Of a stretch of 64,000 nucleotides of DNA, positions 9,111 to 18,662 are shown one piece after another. Below the pieces are notes generated by a model. The model did no database searches. It was not told the origin of the DNA and was given only the letters and a program-made list of their open reading frames with translations. Every line of letters starts with the position of its first letter. The first letter of the stretch is position 1. The DNA comes from Puia sp. (GTDB lineage: Bacteria > Bacteroidota > Bacteroidia > Chitinophagales > Chitinophagaceae): positions 31,780 through 95,779 of the forward strand of contig DASZJO010000114.1 in the NCBI GenBank assembly GCA_035948015.1. The letters are read 5' to 3'. The position numbers were made by a program, and so were the translations under genes.

Positions 9111-10634
9111 ATGAGCGTTCTAAAAGTCCATAATAACTATACGCGACAGAAAGAAATTTTCACCCCCATCACACCCGGCCATGTGGGAATGTATGTGTGC
9201 GGACCTACTGTAAGCGGCGAAAGTCACCTGGGCCACGCCCGCCCCTTCATCACGTTCGATTTTATCTATCGCTATCTCCTCCACCTCGGCTATAAGGTCC
9301 GCTACGTCCGGAATATTACGGATGCCGGTCACTTTGAGGAAGAAGGCCGGGAGGCAGAGGACAAGATCTCCAATAAGGCAGTACTGGAAAAGCTTGAACC
9401 CATGGAGCTCGTACAGAAATATACCAACCTGTTCCATTGGGCGATGCGCCAATTCAATAACCTGGACCCCAGCATCGAACCGACAGCCACCGGCCATATC
9501 GTCGAACAGATCGGCATGATCCAACAGATCATTGACGCAGGCTACGGCTATGTCATCAACGGCTCCGTTTATTTCGATGTAAAAAAATACGCCGCACATT
9601 ATCCCTACGGCAAACTTAGCGGCCGCATCCTCGACGACCTTCTCGAGACCACCCGCGACCTCGATGGTCAGGATGAGAAACACAACCGGCAGGACTTTGC
9701 CCTCTGGAAAGCCGCGCCCCCCGAACATATCATGCGCTGGCAAAGCCCCTGGGGCGAAGGCTTCCCGGGCTGGCATATCGAATGCTCCGCCATGAGCACT
9801 AAATATCTCGGGGTTGAATTTGACATCCACGGGGGAGGGATGGACCTCCAGTTCCCCCACCATGAAAGCGAAATTGCCCAAAGCACCATCTGCAATAAAC
9901 ACGTGCCCGCCCGTTACTGGCTGCATAATAATATGATCACCATCAACGGGAAGAAGATGGGGAAGAGTTATGGCAACGTGATCCGGCTGACTGAAATGTT
10001 CTCCGGCAACAACCCCATGCTCCAACAGGCATACTCGCCGATGACCATCCGCTTCTTTATCCTTCAAACCCATTACCGTAGCACCCTCGATTTCAGTAAT
10101 GAGGCCCTCCAGGCCGCGGAGAAAGGCCTGAAGCGACTCTGGGAAGCCTACGAGCTGCTAAAGAAATTTGCTTCAGCCCCCGCCGATCCCGCCGGAGCCC
10201 CCGCCGACCCCGCCTCCACCGCTGCCGACCCTACACTCGACGACAAGGTCCGCCGCCAACTCACCAGTTTGGACGACTTCATGAACGACGATTTCAACAC
10301 CGCCAAAGTCCTCGCCACCCTTTTTGACCTCGTACCCGTCATCAACTCGCTAAAGAGCGGCCACATCGCCCCGGACGCCCTGAGCCCCGCCACCATCGGG
10401 ATGATGAAGAAATATTTTACCGACTACCTGGAAAATATCCTCGGGCTGAAGGGCGAATTTGCCGACGAAGATCACAAGCTCACCGGCGTAGTGGAATTGC
10501 TGATCGACATCCGTCGCGACGCCCGCACCCGTAAGGACTATGCGACTTCCGACAAGATCCGCAACCAGCTGAGCCAGCTCGGTATTGTTCTCAAGGATGA
10601 GAAGGATGGAGGGATCAGCTATTCGTTTTCGTAG
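9111..10634 (+). CDS. cysS: Cysteine--tRNA ligase
   Basis: Class I motifs HLGHARP (HIGH) and KMGKSYGN (KMSKS); CGPTV; full-length CysS architecture. Confidence 0.95.
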   Translation: MSVLKVHNNYTRQKEIFTPITPGHVGMYVCGPTVSGESHLGHARPFITFDFIYRYLLHLGYKVRYVRNITDAGHFEEEGREAEDKISNKAVLEKLEPMELVQKYTNLFHWAMRQFNNLDPSIEPTATGHIVEQIGMIQQIIDAGYGYVINGSVYFDVKKYAAHYPYGKLSGRILDDLLETTRDLDGQDEKHNRQDFALWKAAPPEHIMRWQSPWGEGFPGWHIECSAMSTKYLGVEFDIHGGGMDLQFPHHESEIAQSTICNKHVPARYWLHNNMITINGKKMGKSYGNVIRLTEMFSGNNPMLQQAYSPMTIRFFILQTHYRSTLDFSNEALQAAEKGLKRLWEAYELLKKFASAPADPAGAPADPASTAADPTLDDKVRRQLTSLDDFMNDDFNTAKVLATLFDLVPVINSLKSGHIAPDALSPATIGMMKKYFTDYLENILGLKGEFADEDHKLTGVVELLIDIRRDARTRKDYATSDKIRNQLSQLGIVLKDEKDGGISYSFS

Positions 10635-10657
10635 AAATTAACGACAAAAACTTCCCC

Positions 10658-11308
10658 ATGGATCATCTGACCCACCTCGCCAAAGATCGGCGGCTTAAGA
10701 AGCTCATCGACCAGCAACCCGAACCCCCGACCATCAAAAAGCAAAAAGACATCGTCTTCTACCTCACCGCGTCGATCATGAGCCAGCAGCTTTCCACAAA
10801 AGTTGTCCAGACCATCCGGAAGCGATACCTCGACCTTTTCGGCGGCCGGTCCCCAACCCCGGAGCAGATCCTTGCTACGCCGCCCGCCACCATCCGGGCT
10901 ATCGGCCTTTCAAATTCCAAAGTGGCCTACGTGCTGAATGTAGCGCGTTTCGCCATCCAAGAAGGTCTCGACTACCGCAAGCTGAATAAGATGGGCAACG
11001 AAGCCGTTATCGCCTACCTTACCCGCATCAAAGGTGTCGGACACTGGACCGCCGAAATGTTGCTCATGTTCGCCCTGGGCAGGGAAGACATATTTGCCAT
11101 CGACGACTGGGGCATACAGAACGCCATGATCCGCCTTTATAAACTGGACCGGGAAGACAAAAAGGCCTTTCGGGAAAAGATGTTGCGCATCTCGGAGAAA
11201 TGGAGCCCCTATCGCACCTATGCTTGCATGTATCTTTGGAGATATAAGGATAATACACCTGTCGCGGCAAAGAAATCTGCTCCCGGTAAATCAACCAGGA
11301 AAAAGTAA
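10658..11308 (+). CDS. DNA-3-methyladenine glycosylase II family (HhH-GPD, AlkA-like)
   Basis: HhH-GPD signature IKGVGHWTAEMLLMFALGREDIFAIDDWGIQ. Confidence 0.8.
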   Translation: MDHLTHLAKDRRLKKLIDQQPEPPTIKKQKDIVFYLTASIMSQQLSTKVVQTIRKRYLDLFGGRSPTPEQILATPPATIRAIGLSNSKVAYVLNVARFAIQEGLDYRKLNKMGNEAVIAYLTRIKGVGHWTAEMLLMFALGREDIFAIDDWGIQNAMIRLYKLDREDKKAFREKMLRISEKWSPYRTYACMYLWRYKDNTPVAAKKSAPGKSTRKK

Positions 11309-11446
11309 TAAGTTTGTTCACCGGCAAAAAATCCGGTTTGGCCGATTATTTGTAGACCTTTTATACAGGATTTGCGTATCCCACTGTTAGAAACAACACA
11401 GCAATCAATAGACACTCAATACATTCACTCTTTAAAACTAAAAGTT

Positions 11447-11980
11447 GTGCGAAATCTAAAAATCTTCTTCCTAGCCTCCACCATCGTTGGCTTCTTTTCC
11501 CTGATCGGTTGTTCGAAAAGCAATAACAATAACAACAATAATTCATCAGGTAAGGATAGCATTTATCACTCGCAGTGGATGACTATTTCGATGCAACCGA
11601 CGGACGCTGGCGATACGATCTACACGGAGACCATTTCCGCTGCTAAGGTGACCAGTGCCGTTGCGGATGGAGGCGCTGTCCTAAGCTATCTGGGCGAACC
11701 CGGCTTTCCCAGCACGGGCGACACAACCGTCACGAACGCGGTAGAATTTGGCATGTATACCACCTTTGTGCCGGGGTCTATTCAGCTGACCACTTTGGGG
11801 TACCTGAACGATTACAGCACCACTAATACGGGCCTTTTGTACCGTTATGTAGTCATTCCCGGAACCGTCCTGACGACAAATGGATTAACGCCAAAGCAAG
11901 CGAGATCCCTGACCTATGCCGAAGTGACGAAACTCATCGGCTCGCCGGCACGACAAACTGAATCTCCAACCATACAATAG
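11447..11980 (+). CDS. Hypothetical lipoprotein with a poly-Asn linker
   Basis: Lipobox FFSLIGC followed by SKSNNNNNNNSSGK. The GTG at 11447 (VRNLKIFFLAS) is preferred; the ORF track's longest start is 11372. Confidence 0.6.
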   Translation: MRNLKIFFLASTIVGFFSLIGCSKSNNNNNNNSSGKDSIYHSQWMTISMQPTDAGDTIYTETISAAKVTSAVADGGAVLSYLGEPGFPSTGDTTVTNAVEFGMYTTFVPGSIQLTTLGYLNDYSTTNTGLLYRYVVIPGTVLTTNGLTPKQARSLTYAEVTKLIGSPARQTESPTIQ

Positions 11981-12003
11981 CACAAAGAATACAATAGCAC
12001 ATT

Positions 12004-12036
12004 GAACCCCGGGCGAAGCCCGGGGTTCTTTTATTA
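12004..12036 (+). terminator. Rho-independent terminator of the lipoprotein gene
   Basis: GAACCCCGGGC-gaa-GCCCGGGGTTC (11-bp perfect stem) followed by TTTTATTATTTT. Confidence 0.85.
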
Positions 12037-12408
12037 TTTTATCTCCTGCACATTCACATCCTCAACCAAATGGGTGTTTGTTTCCACCTGAAATCGTTGG
12101 GAAGAATGGTCTCCCAGATTCCGGATCAAAAAGACCAGCCTGGTATAGTTTTCCGGCTCGGCCAACTGAAAATTCCTGTTGAACAGCTTATCCGTAAAAA
12201 TATTCTGATACAGCTGATTGCCATCCTGGTCCTCGATCTGCAGCAAAAACCGGCTGCCGGCCTCATTGTTATATACGACATTGAACACGCCCTGGGTCTC
12301 GCTGACCGGGATATACTTCACTTCGGCGGTACCGGCACTGTGGCCGCTGCCTAACAGGACACTGAAAAGAAAGGGAAGAATTGGTTTTATGATCGGTAAT
12401 GCGTTCAT
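12034..12408 (-). CDS. Small secreted hypothetical protein (paralog A of a tandem pair)
   Basis: Signal peptide. The core GVFNVVYNNEAGSRFLLQIEDQDGNQLYQNIFTDKLFNRNFQL is homologous to the neighbouring gene. Confidence 0.65.
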   Translation of the reverse strand: MNALPIIKPILPFLFSVLLGSGHSAGTAEVKYIPVSETQGVFNVVYNNEAGSRFLLQIEDQDGNQLYQNIFTDKLFNRNFQLAEPENYTRLVFLIRNLGDHSSQRFQVETNTHLVEDVNVQEIK

Positions 12409-12418
12409 AGATGTTTTT

Positions 12419-12829
12419 TTAAAGTTTTTTAATAGCTACTTCCTGCACCAGACGGCTGTTGACGTTTACCGCAAACGTCTTCACTACAGGGGCATCCTGC
12501 CCGCTGCTGAATACGAATACGATCCTGTCTTTATCGGTCTTGGGAAGTTTGAATTGCTTGTAAAAGGATTTATCCTTAAACACGTCCTGGTAAATCTTGG
12601 TGCCATCCTGGTCTTTGATCGCGACGACAAACCTGTTTCCCTGCGGGTTGTAATAGGAAACATTGAAGACCAGCATGTCGTCCTGCGCTCCCAGGAACCT
12701 GACTACGACATGGTCCTCGCCGCCAACCGCCCCGGAAACCTCCGATTGGGCGTTCACAGTAGCGACAGTTAATAAAAGGATGATCCCGCACGTAAGCCTG
12801 CCAATAGAAGCATGGAATAATGACTTCAT
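12419..12829 (-). CDS. Small secreted hypothetical protein (paralog B of a tandem pair)
   Basis: Signal peptide ending VNAQ. The core LVFNVSYYNPQGNRFVVAIKDQDGTKIYQDVFKDKSFYKQFKL aligns with paralog A. Confidence 0.65.
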   Translation of the reverse strand: MKSLFHASIGRLTCGIILLLTVATVNAQSEVSGAVGGEDHVVVRFLGAQDDMLVFNVSYYNPQGNRFVVAIKDQDGTKIYQDVFKDKSFYKQFKLPKTDKDRIVFVFSSGQDAPVVKTFAVNVNSRLVQEVAIKKL

Positions 12830-13063
12830 ATAAATGGGTTTTTAGTGACGAAAAATCATGGATATGGAAGCAACCGGGTTCAGGTTCGCAACCGGATGAC
12901 AAGTCAACGCAGGCGTAACAATCTATAATATTTGGACAACAATCGGAGAGAACGCCGGCAATCGGCGGCAGCAATCAGTAGTTGGCTGCGGGGTGATGGA
13001 TAGATACATGCCAAAAATATACCAAAAATTGAATAATTCCTATAAATCTATATAAAATAAAAG

Positions 13064-14068
13064 TTAACTGGCTGGCTCTTCATTCAGAACGTTCCACAAC
13101 AAATCCTTGAGCTCGACAAGCCCTTGTTGGGTGATGGAAGAAATAAACAGATGCGGAACGGAGGCGGGCAATTCCTGCTCTATCGCCTCCTTCAACTCGC
13201 GGTCCAACATATCGCTTTTGCTGATCGCGATCACCAACCGCTTGTGAAGCAATTCAGGATTATACTTCTCCAGCTCGGCCAGCAGGATCCGAAATTCTCC
13301 CGCATGATCCTTACTATCTGCCGGTATCAGGAAAAGCAGGACGGGGTTGCGTTCGATGTGCCGGAGGAACCGGTGGCCCAACCCCTTTCCCTCCGCCGCG
13401 CCCTCGATGATCCCGGGGAGATCGGCCATGCAAAAAGAAAGTCCATCGCGGTACTCTACCATTCCCAGCTGCGGGGTCAACGTGGTGAACGCATAGTCGG
13501 CGATCTTCGGCCGGGCCGCCGTGATGACCGAGAGTAATGTCGATTTACCCGCATTCGGGAAACCCACCAGCCCCACATCCGCAAGCACCTTCAACTCCAG
13601 GATCTTCCAGCCCTCGACCCCCGGTAGTCCCGGCTGTGCATGCTCGGGAGCCTGATTGGTGGGTGTCGCGAAATTGGCATTGCCCAGACCACCCCGGCCG
13701 CCTTTTAACCAAATGATCTCTTGTCCATCCTCCAATATTTCCACCTCCTGCTTGCCTGTCTCTTCATCTCTCGCGATGGTCCCCAACGGGACTTCGATGA
13801 TGATATCCTTGCCGAATCGTCCGGTACAGTTATTGCCGCTGCCTGACTCGCCATTCTCCGCCAATACATTTTTATAATACCGCAAATGCAGCAGCGTCCA
13901 GAGATGTTTGCTCCCCCTAAGGATAATATGCGCGCCCCTGCCGCCATCCCCGCCATCCGGACCCGCCATCGCATTGAACTTCGTCCGCATAAAATGCTTG
14001 CTGCCCGCCCCGCCATGCCCGCTGCGGCAAAAGACCCTGATCTGATCGACAAAATTTGATTTCTCCAC
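13064..14068 (-). CDS. obg: GTPase Obg/CgtA
   Basis: Obg fold with Gly-rich N-terminus ([16 protein letters not shown]), G1 GFPNAGKST and G3 DLPGIIEGA. Confidence 0.95.
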   Translation of the reverse strand: MEKSNFVDQIRVFCRSGHGGAGSKHFMRTKFNAMAGPDGGDGGRGAHIILRGSKHLWTLLHLRYYKNVLAENGESGSGNNCTGRFGKDIIIEVPLGTIARDEETGKQEVEILEDGQEIIWLKGGRGGLGNANFATPTNQAPEHAQPGLPGVEGWKILELKVLADVGLVGFPNAGKSTLLSVITAARPKIADYAFTTLTPQLGMVEYRDGLSFCMADLPGIIEGAAEGKGLGHRFLRHIERNPVLLFLIPADSKDHAGEFRILLAELEKYNPELLHKRLVIAISKSDMLDRELKEAIEQELPASVPHLFISSITQQGLVELKDLLWNVLNEEPAS

Positions 14069-14113
14069 TACTTCCTTTTGAACCGCAAATATACGACAGT
14101 TGGCCGGAGGTTA

Positions 14114-15271
14114 TTAATCACTTAGCTTCGGAAACCGGACATTCTCATAGATCTCTTCCAGCAACAGATCCACTTTGACCGTCTCCACCATCAACCTATC
14201 CGTGAGTTTATCATAGTTCCTCAAAACCCAATTCCCCTCCCCATCCTTACAAAACTGCTCGACCAACACCGATCTTGAATCCACCAGAATATATTCCCTT
14301 AAGCTGGGCAACGCCTTGTATAGCTCGAATTTCTCATTCCGATCATAATCCATGGTCGACTTTGAAAGCACCTCGACGATAACCGATGGGTTCATTAGAT
14401 TCCAATCATCATTATTTCTGGTCACGAGCTCTCCGCAAACGATAGACAGATCAGGATAGGTCAGCAATTCCTCAGATTCTACGTAGACCCGAAGATCGGT
14501 GGGAAAGACCTCACAGCTGCTGCCCCGGAGCTTCCCCCTTAACAATGCTGTCAGATTCCTCGTAATCCGGATGTGATCGAGCTTCGGCCCGGACATCGAA
14601 AAGATCCGACCCTTATAATATTCGTGCTTCACATCTGACTTCTCTTCCATTTCGAGAAATTCGTCAATAGTGAGTTCCCTTCTTTTGTATACCGCAGCCG
14701 GCTCCTCCACCCCAAGAGGCTCCTCCACCATATTCTCCTTGGGCCTCTCCGCCTCACACTCCCTCCAGCTTTCCCTCATCTCCCCCGGCAGCGCCTGATA
14801 CAGCGCCGTTCCCTCCGTCTTCCATCGCAGCATCTCCTCACTGACCTCCCTGATCAACTTCGCCGGATTGCCCGCAATCAAACTCCGCCGCGGGATCTTC
14901 TCCCCCGCCTTGACAAAACTCATCGCCCCGACGATACATTCATCTTCGATCTCCACATTATCCATGATCACGCTGTTCATCCCGATCAGACAATTCCGGC
15001 CGATGATCGCGCCATGCACGATCGCTCCATGTCCGATATGCGCCCCTTCCTTCAACAGGACTGTCACGCCCGGAAACATATGAATGGTGCAGCTCTCCTG
15101 AACGTTACACCCGTCCTCGATGACGATCCGCCCCCAATCCCCGCGGATGGCTGCACCGGGACCGATATAAACATTCTTGCCGATCCATACATTACCGGTT
15201 ACCGCCGCCAGCGGATGAATAAAGGCAGAAGGGTCCACCACCGGCCGGTGTCCTTTAAATTCGTAAAGCAT
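14114..15271 (-). CDS. paaY: Fusion protein: PaaY-like hexapeptide-repeat thioesterase (N-terminal ~200 aa) plus Uma2/DUF820 PD-(D/E)xK endonuclease-fold domain (C-terminal ~185 aa)
   Basis: The N-terminus is collinear with E. coli PaaY (GPGAAIRGDWGRIVIEDGCNVQE, HIGHGAIVHG, AGNPAKLIREVS). The C-terminus has Uma2 hallmarks (TIDEFLEMEE, HEYYKGRIFSMSGP, YPDLSIVCG, PSVIVEVLSKST, EYILVD). It is a single uninterrupted ORF. Confidence 0.8.
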   Translation of the reverse strand: MLYEFKGHRPVVDPSAFIHPLAAVTGNVWIGKNVYIGPGAAIRGDWGRIVIEDGCNVQESCTIHMFPGVTVLLKEGAHIGHGAIVHGAIIGRNCLIGMNSVIMDNVEIEDECIVGAMSFVKAGEKIPRRSLIAGNPAKLIREVSEEMLRWKTEGTALYQALPGEMRESWRECEAERPKENMVEEPLGVEEPAAVYKRRELTIDEFLEMEEKSDVKHEYYKGRIFSMSGPKLDHIRITRNLTALLRGKLRGSSCEVFPTDLRVYVESEELLTYPDLSIVCGELVTRNNDDWNLMNPSVIVEVLSKSTMDYDRNEKFELYKALPSLREYILVDSRSVLVEQFCKDGEGNWVLRNYDKLTDRLMVETVKVDLLLEEIYENVRFPKLSD

Positions 15272-15336
15272 AGTCTTAATTTTTTGAATGAGCGACTTAT
15301 TCGCCCTCGCCCGCCGAAGCTATGCGTAGGCCGCCC

Positions 15337-16113
15337 TTACTCCCCCATGAACAGCGGCAGCCGCTTTCCCAGGAATGCATTCACCCCCTCCGCGTAGTCT
15401 TTGGACTGCGCCGCTTTCTGTTGCAACTCATCTTCCAATATTAGCTGGGCCTCAAGCGTATTGGCGGCCGAATAGTTGAAAGCATGTTTTGTGAAGGCCA
15501 GCGCCCGCGTAGGTAGCTGCGCCAATACCGACGTCAATGCCCGCGAAGCGCCCTCAAACTCTTCGTTGTCGTATACCTTATAGACCATTCCCATTCTTTC
15601 CGCCTCAACAGCGCTGATTTTATCTCCCAGCATCGCGATCGCCGTCGCCTTCTGCCAGCCTACCAATCTCGGCAGGAAATACGTTCCACCACTATCCGGG
15701 ATCAATCCGATCTTCGAGAACGCCTGGATAAAGCCAGCCGATTGCGCCGCCACCACAATATCACAGCACAGCGCAATATTAGCCCCCGCACCCGCCGCCA
15801 CTCCATTGACCGCCGCAACTACCGGCTTTGGCAAATTTCGGATCCGCGTAACGATCGGATTGAATTGCTCGCGCAGAATATTCGTCAAGCCCGGCCCTTC
15901 CGGGTCGACGACCTCCGCCAGATCCTGGCCCGCCGAAAAGGCCTTCCCCGCTCCGGTCAGGTACACCGCTCTCACCTCACGCAGGCTCGCACTTTCATCC
16001 AGCCTGTTCTGTAGCAACAACGCCATCTCCCGCGTGAAACTATTCAGCTTATCCGGCCGGTTCAAAGTTATAAAAGCGATCTGATCCCGAATTTCGAAAA
16101 GAATGCTCGACAT
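15337..16113 (-). CDS. paaG: Enoyl-CoA hydratase/isomerase family, PaaG-like
   Basis: Crotonase fold (FITLNRPDKLNS, GAGKAFSAGQDL, AAVNGVAAGAG) in a paa context. Confidence 0.85.
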   Translation of the reverse strand: MSSILFEIRDQIAFITLNRPDKLNSFTREMALLLQNRLDESASLREVRAVYLTGAGKAFSAGQDLAEVVDPEGPGLTNILREQFNPIVTRIRNLPKPVVAAVNGVAAGAGANIALCCDIVVAAQSAGFIQAFSKIGLIPDSGGTYFLPRLVGWQKATAIAMLGDKISAVEAERMGMVYKVYDNEEFEGASRALTSVLAQLPTRALAFTKHAFNYSAANTLEAQLILEDELQQKAAQSKDYAEGVNAFLGKRLPLFMGE

Positions 16114-16122
16114 CCCTCAAAG

Positions 16123-16611
16123 TTAATGACATTTGAAATAATCGAAAGGCTCCCTGCAATCCTCACAACGGTAAAGCGCCTTACACGCCGTACTCCCGAA
16201 TTCGCTGATCAGGGTCGTATGGTAGGAATGACAATGCGGACAAGGGATCGCTTCTTCGCGGTGGAACATGGCCGGATGACATACTTGCTGCAAGGGCAGG
16301 GGAGGAGCGATACCATACGCTGCCAGTTTCTCCTTTCCCCTTTCAGTCATCCATTCCGTTGTCCATGCCGGCGACAGTACCGTGGTCAGCCGGACATCCC
16401 GGTACCCGTGCTCCATCAACTTCATCCGGATATTCGTCCGGATCACATCCATGGCCGGACAGCCGCTATACGTCGGGGTGATGACGATCTCTATTCCATC
16501 TTCTCCGGTCCGCACTTCCCGGATGATCCCCAGGTCCGCCACGGACAGAACCGGCACCTCAGGGTCATAGACCTCTTCCAACATGGACCATATCTGCGCG
16601 TTCTCTACCAT
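16123..16611 (-). CDS. paaD: Phenylacetyl-CoA epoxidase subunit PaaD (PaaJ)
   Basis: N-terminal DUF59-like EVYDPEVPVLSVADLGII, TPTYSGCPA, and a C-terminal Cys-rich CPHCHS...YRCEDC. Confidence 0.88.
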   Translation of the reverse strand: MVENAQIWSMLEEVYDPEVPVLSVADLGIIREVRTGEDGIEIVITPTYSGCPAMDVIRTNIRMKLMEHGYRDVRLTTVLSPAWTTEWMTERGKEKLAAYGIAPPLPLQQVCHPAMFHREEAIPCPHCHSYHTTLISEFGSTACKALYRCEDCREPFDYFKCH

Positions 16612-17387
16612 TCACAATTTGGATAAGCCCGTTGTAAAAATTGCATCTCCGCCAGCAAATAACCCAGCTGCTCAGTGTGCTTCCCGTCCTTCCCGCCGCC
16701 CTGCATCCAGGTCATAGGTATCTCCAAGCCCGCTTCATTAAAAACTTCTCCCACCTTCTCTCCCCACAAAGGCCGGATCTCCCCGGCGTCGACTGCGATC
16801 CCAAGGCGTATAAGCTCCTTTTCATACGCCGCAGGCGCAAACATTTCCCCCGTATATTTCCAAAGCTCATCTACCGCCCGCCTCATCCGCTCATGGCTCT
16901 CCTCCGTCCCATCTCCCAGCCGGATCACCCACTCGCCGCTCCACCGAAGATGGTAAGTAACCTCCTTGACTGATTTTTCCGCTATGGCCGCCAACTCCTG
17001 GTCCCGGCTGTTTCGTAGCTGCCCATAGAAATAGTATTGCCAGGCGCTGAAGAGGAATTGCCGCAGGATCGTCTTTCCCCAATCCCCATTCGACTGCTCG
17101 ACCAGCAGGCAATTTCGGAAATCCCAGGCATCCCGCCCGTAAGCCAGCCCATCCTCGGTAACCTCCCGCCCCCCGGACCCATCCTCGGTAACTTTGCCGC
17201 CTATCAACCGCGCCGCATGCTGATACAAATATCTCGCCTGCCCGATCAGGTCCAGGGCGATATTCGACAGCGCAATGTCCTGCTCCAGGATCGGCCCATG
17301 CCCCGTCCATTCACTATTGCGATGGCCGAGGATCAACGCATTGTCCGCCAATTGAAGCGAATAATCGATATGTGCCGGATAACCCAT
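16605..17387 (-). CDS. paaC: Phenylacetyl-CoA epoxidase subunit PaaC (PaaI)
   Basis: PaaC-like (LQLADNALILGHRNSEW, LDLIGQARYLY) in the paaABCD order. Contains a 10-aa in-frame duplication (VTEDG...VTEDG). Confidence 0.88.
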   Translation of the reverse strand: MGYPAHIDYSLQLADNALILGHRNSEWTGHGPILEQDIALSNIALDLIGQARYLYQHAARLIGGKVTEDGSGGREVTEDGLAYGRDAWDFRNCLLVEQSNGDWGKTILRQFLFSAWQYYFYGQLRNSRDQELAAIAEKSVKEVTYHLRWSGEWVIRLGDGTEESHERMRRAVDELWKYTGEMFAPAAYEKELIRLGIAVDAGEIRPLWGEKVGEVFNEAGLEIPMTWMQGGGKDGKHTEQLGYLLAEMQFLQRAYPNCEW

Positions 17388-17388
17388 C

Positions 17389-17676
17389 TTACATATGTTT
17401 TAATTCGTCAGGCAGGTCGTAAAAGGTCGGATGGCGATAGACCTTATCATTCGCAGGATCATAAAGCGACGAAGCCTCGTCGGGATCCGAAGCATGGATA
17501 TATTTGCTTTCGACGACCCAGATGCTGACCCCTTCCATCCGCCGCGTATATACGTCACGGGCATTTTCGATAGCCATCGCGGCATCGGCGGCATGCAGAC
17601 TGCCGGCATGCTTATGATCGAGCCCCTGCTTGCTTCGGATAAAAACTTCCCATAACGGCCACTGTTTATCATGCAT
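17389..17676 (-). CDS. paaB: Phenylacetyl-CoA epoxidase subunit PaaB
   Basis: The 95-aa product ([24 protein letters not shown]) is typical of PaaB. Confidence 0.9.
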   Translation of the reverse strand: MHDKQWPLWEVFIRSKQGLDHKHAGSLHAADAAMAIENARDVYTRRMEGVSIWVVESKYIHASDPDEASSLYDPANDKVYRHPTFYDLPDELKHM

Positions 17677-18604
17677 AAAGCCTCCTCCTTTTTTCGGTAT
17701 GCGCCAACGCCGCTTCCCTTACCCAGGCCCCATCCTCATGCGCCTGAACCCGCGCCGTCAGCCTTTCCTTATTGCATGGGCCATTGCCCTTGATGACGTT
17801 GTTGAACTCCGTCCAATCGATCGGCCCGAAGTCATAATGCTGCCGCTCGTCGTTCCATTTCAGATCGGCATCCGGCAACCGCATCCCCAGGATTTTCACC
17901 TGCTCCGCACACACGTCCACAAAACGTTGCCTCAGCTCATCATTCGAGAACCGCTTGATCTTCCACTGCATACTCTGCGCCGAATTCGGCGACGCATCAT
18001 CATTCGGCCCGAACATCATCACGGAGGGCCACCACCAACGATCTATCGCATCCTGGCACATCCGCCGCTGCTCCTCACTCCCCTTGCTCAACACCAGCAG
18101 GATCTCGAAACCCTGCCGCTGGTGGAAGCTCTCTTCTTTACAGATCCTCACCATCGCCCGCGCATAAGGGCCATAGGATGCGCGGCATAACGGAACCTGG
18201 TTCATGATCGCCGCACCGTCGACCAGCCAGCCGATAGCGCCCATATCTGCCCAGGTCAGCGTCGGGTAATTGAAGATCGACGAATATTTCGCCTTCCCGC
18301 TGTGCAGCTGTCCGATCATCTCCTCCCGGCTGATCCCCAGTGTCTCCGCAGCCGAATACAAATAGAGCCCATGACCCGCCTCGTCCTGCACCTTGGCGAT
18401 CAACGTCGCCTTCCGCTTGAGCGTAGGCGCGCGCGTGATCCAGTTCGCTTCCGGGAGCATCCCCACGATCTCACTGTGCGCATGCTGCGAGATCTGCCGG
18501 ATCAGCGTCTTCCGATAGGCCTCCGGCATCCAGTCCCGCGGCTCGATCCGGACCTCCTGATCGACCTTGTCTTGAAATTGTTTTTCACTGTCGGACAACC
18601 CCAT
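17669..18604 (-). CDS. paaA: Phenylacetyl-CoA epoxidase catalytic subunit PaaA
   Basis: Di-iron carboxylate protein motifs ([29 protein letters not shown]). Confidence 0.92.
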   Translation of the reverse strand: MGLSDSEKQFQDKVDQEVRIEPRDWMPEAYRKTLIRQISQHAHSEIVGMLPEANWITRAPTLKRKATLIAKVQDEAGHGLYLYSAAETLGISREEMIGQLHSGKAKYSSIFNYPTLTWADMGAIGWLVDGAAIMNQVPLCRASYGPYARAMVRICKEESFHQRQGFEILLVLSKGSEEQRRMCQDAIDRWWWPSVMMFGPNDDASPNSAQSMQWKIKRFSNDELRQRFVDVCAEQVKILGMRLPDADLKWNDERQHYDFGPIDWTEFNNVIKGNGPCNKERLTARVQAHEDGAWVREAALAHTEKRRRLYA

Positions 18605-18648
18605 AGTGTTATCGAATTATCCCATAAAGATACTTTTTTTTATATAAG

Positions 18649-18662
18649 CTAACAATTGTTAG
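18649..18662. promoter_or_regulatory. Perfect 14-bp palindrome CTAACAATTGTTAG upstream of paaA (candidate TetR/PaaR operator)
   Basis: Lies 45-58 nt upstream of the paaA ATG and next to a near-consensus minus-strand -7 box TATCTTTA (18625-18632). The same CTAAC-N4-GTTAG half-sites occur upstream of the TetR gene at 26713-26730. Confidence 0.55.

Noticed and set aside
11518-11541. AAT/AAC codon run (poly-Asn) as a microsatellite or phase-variation tract
   Set aside because: The run is a mix of AAT and AAC codons in frame (NNNNNNN) within a lipoprotein linker. It is not a homopolymer or a simple repeat likely to shift the frame.
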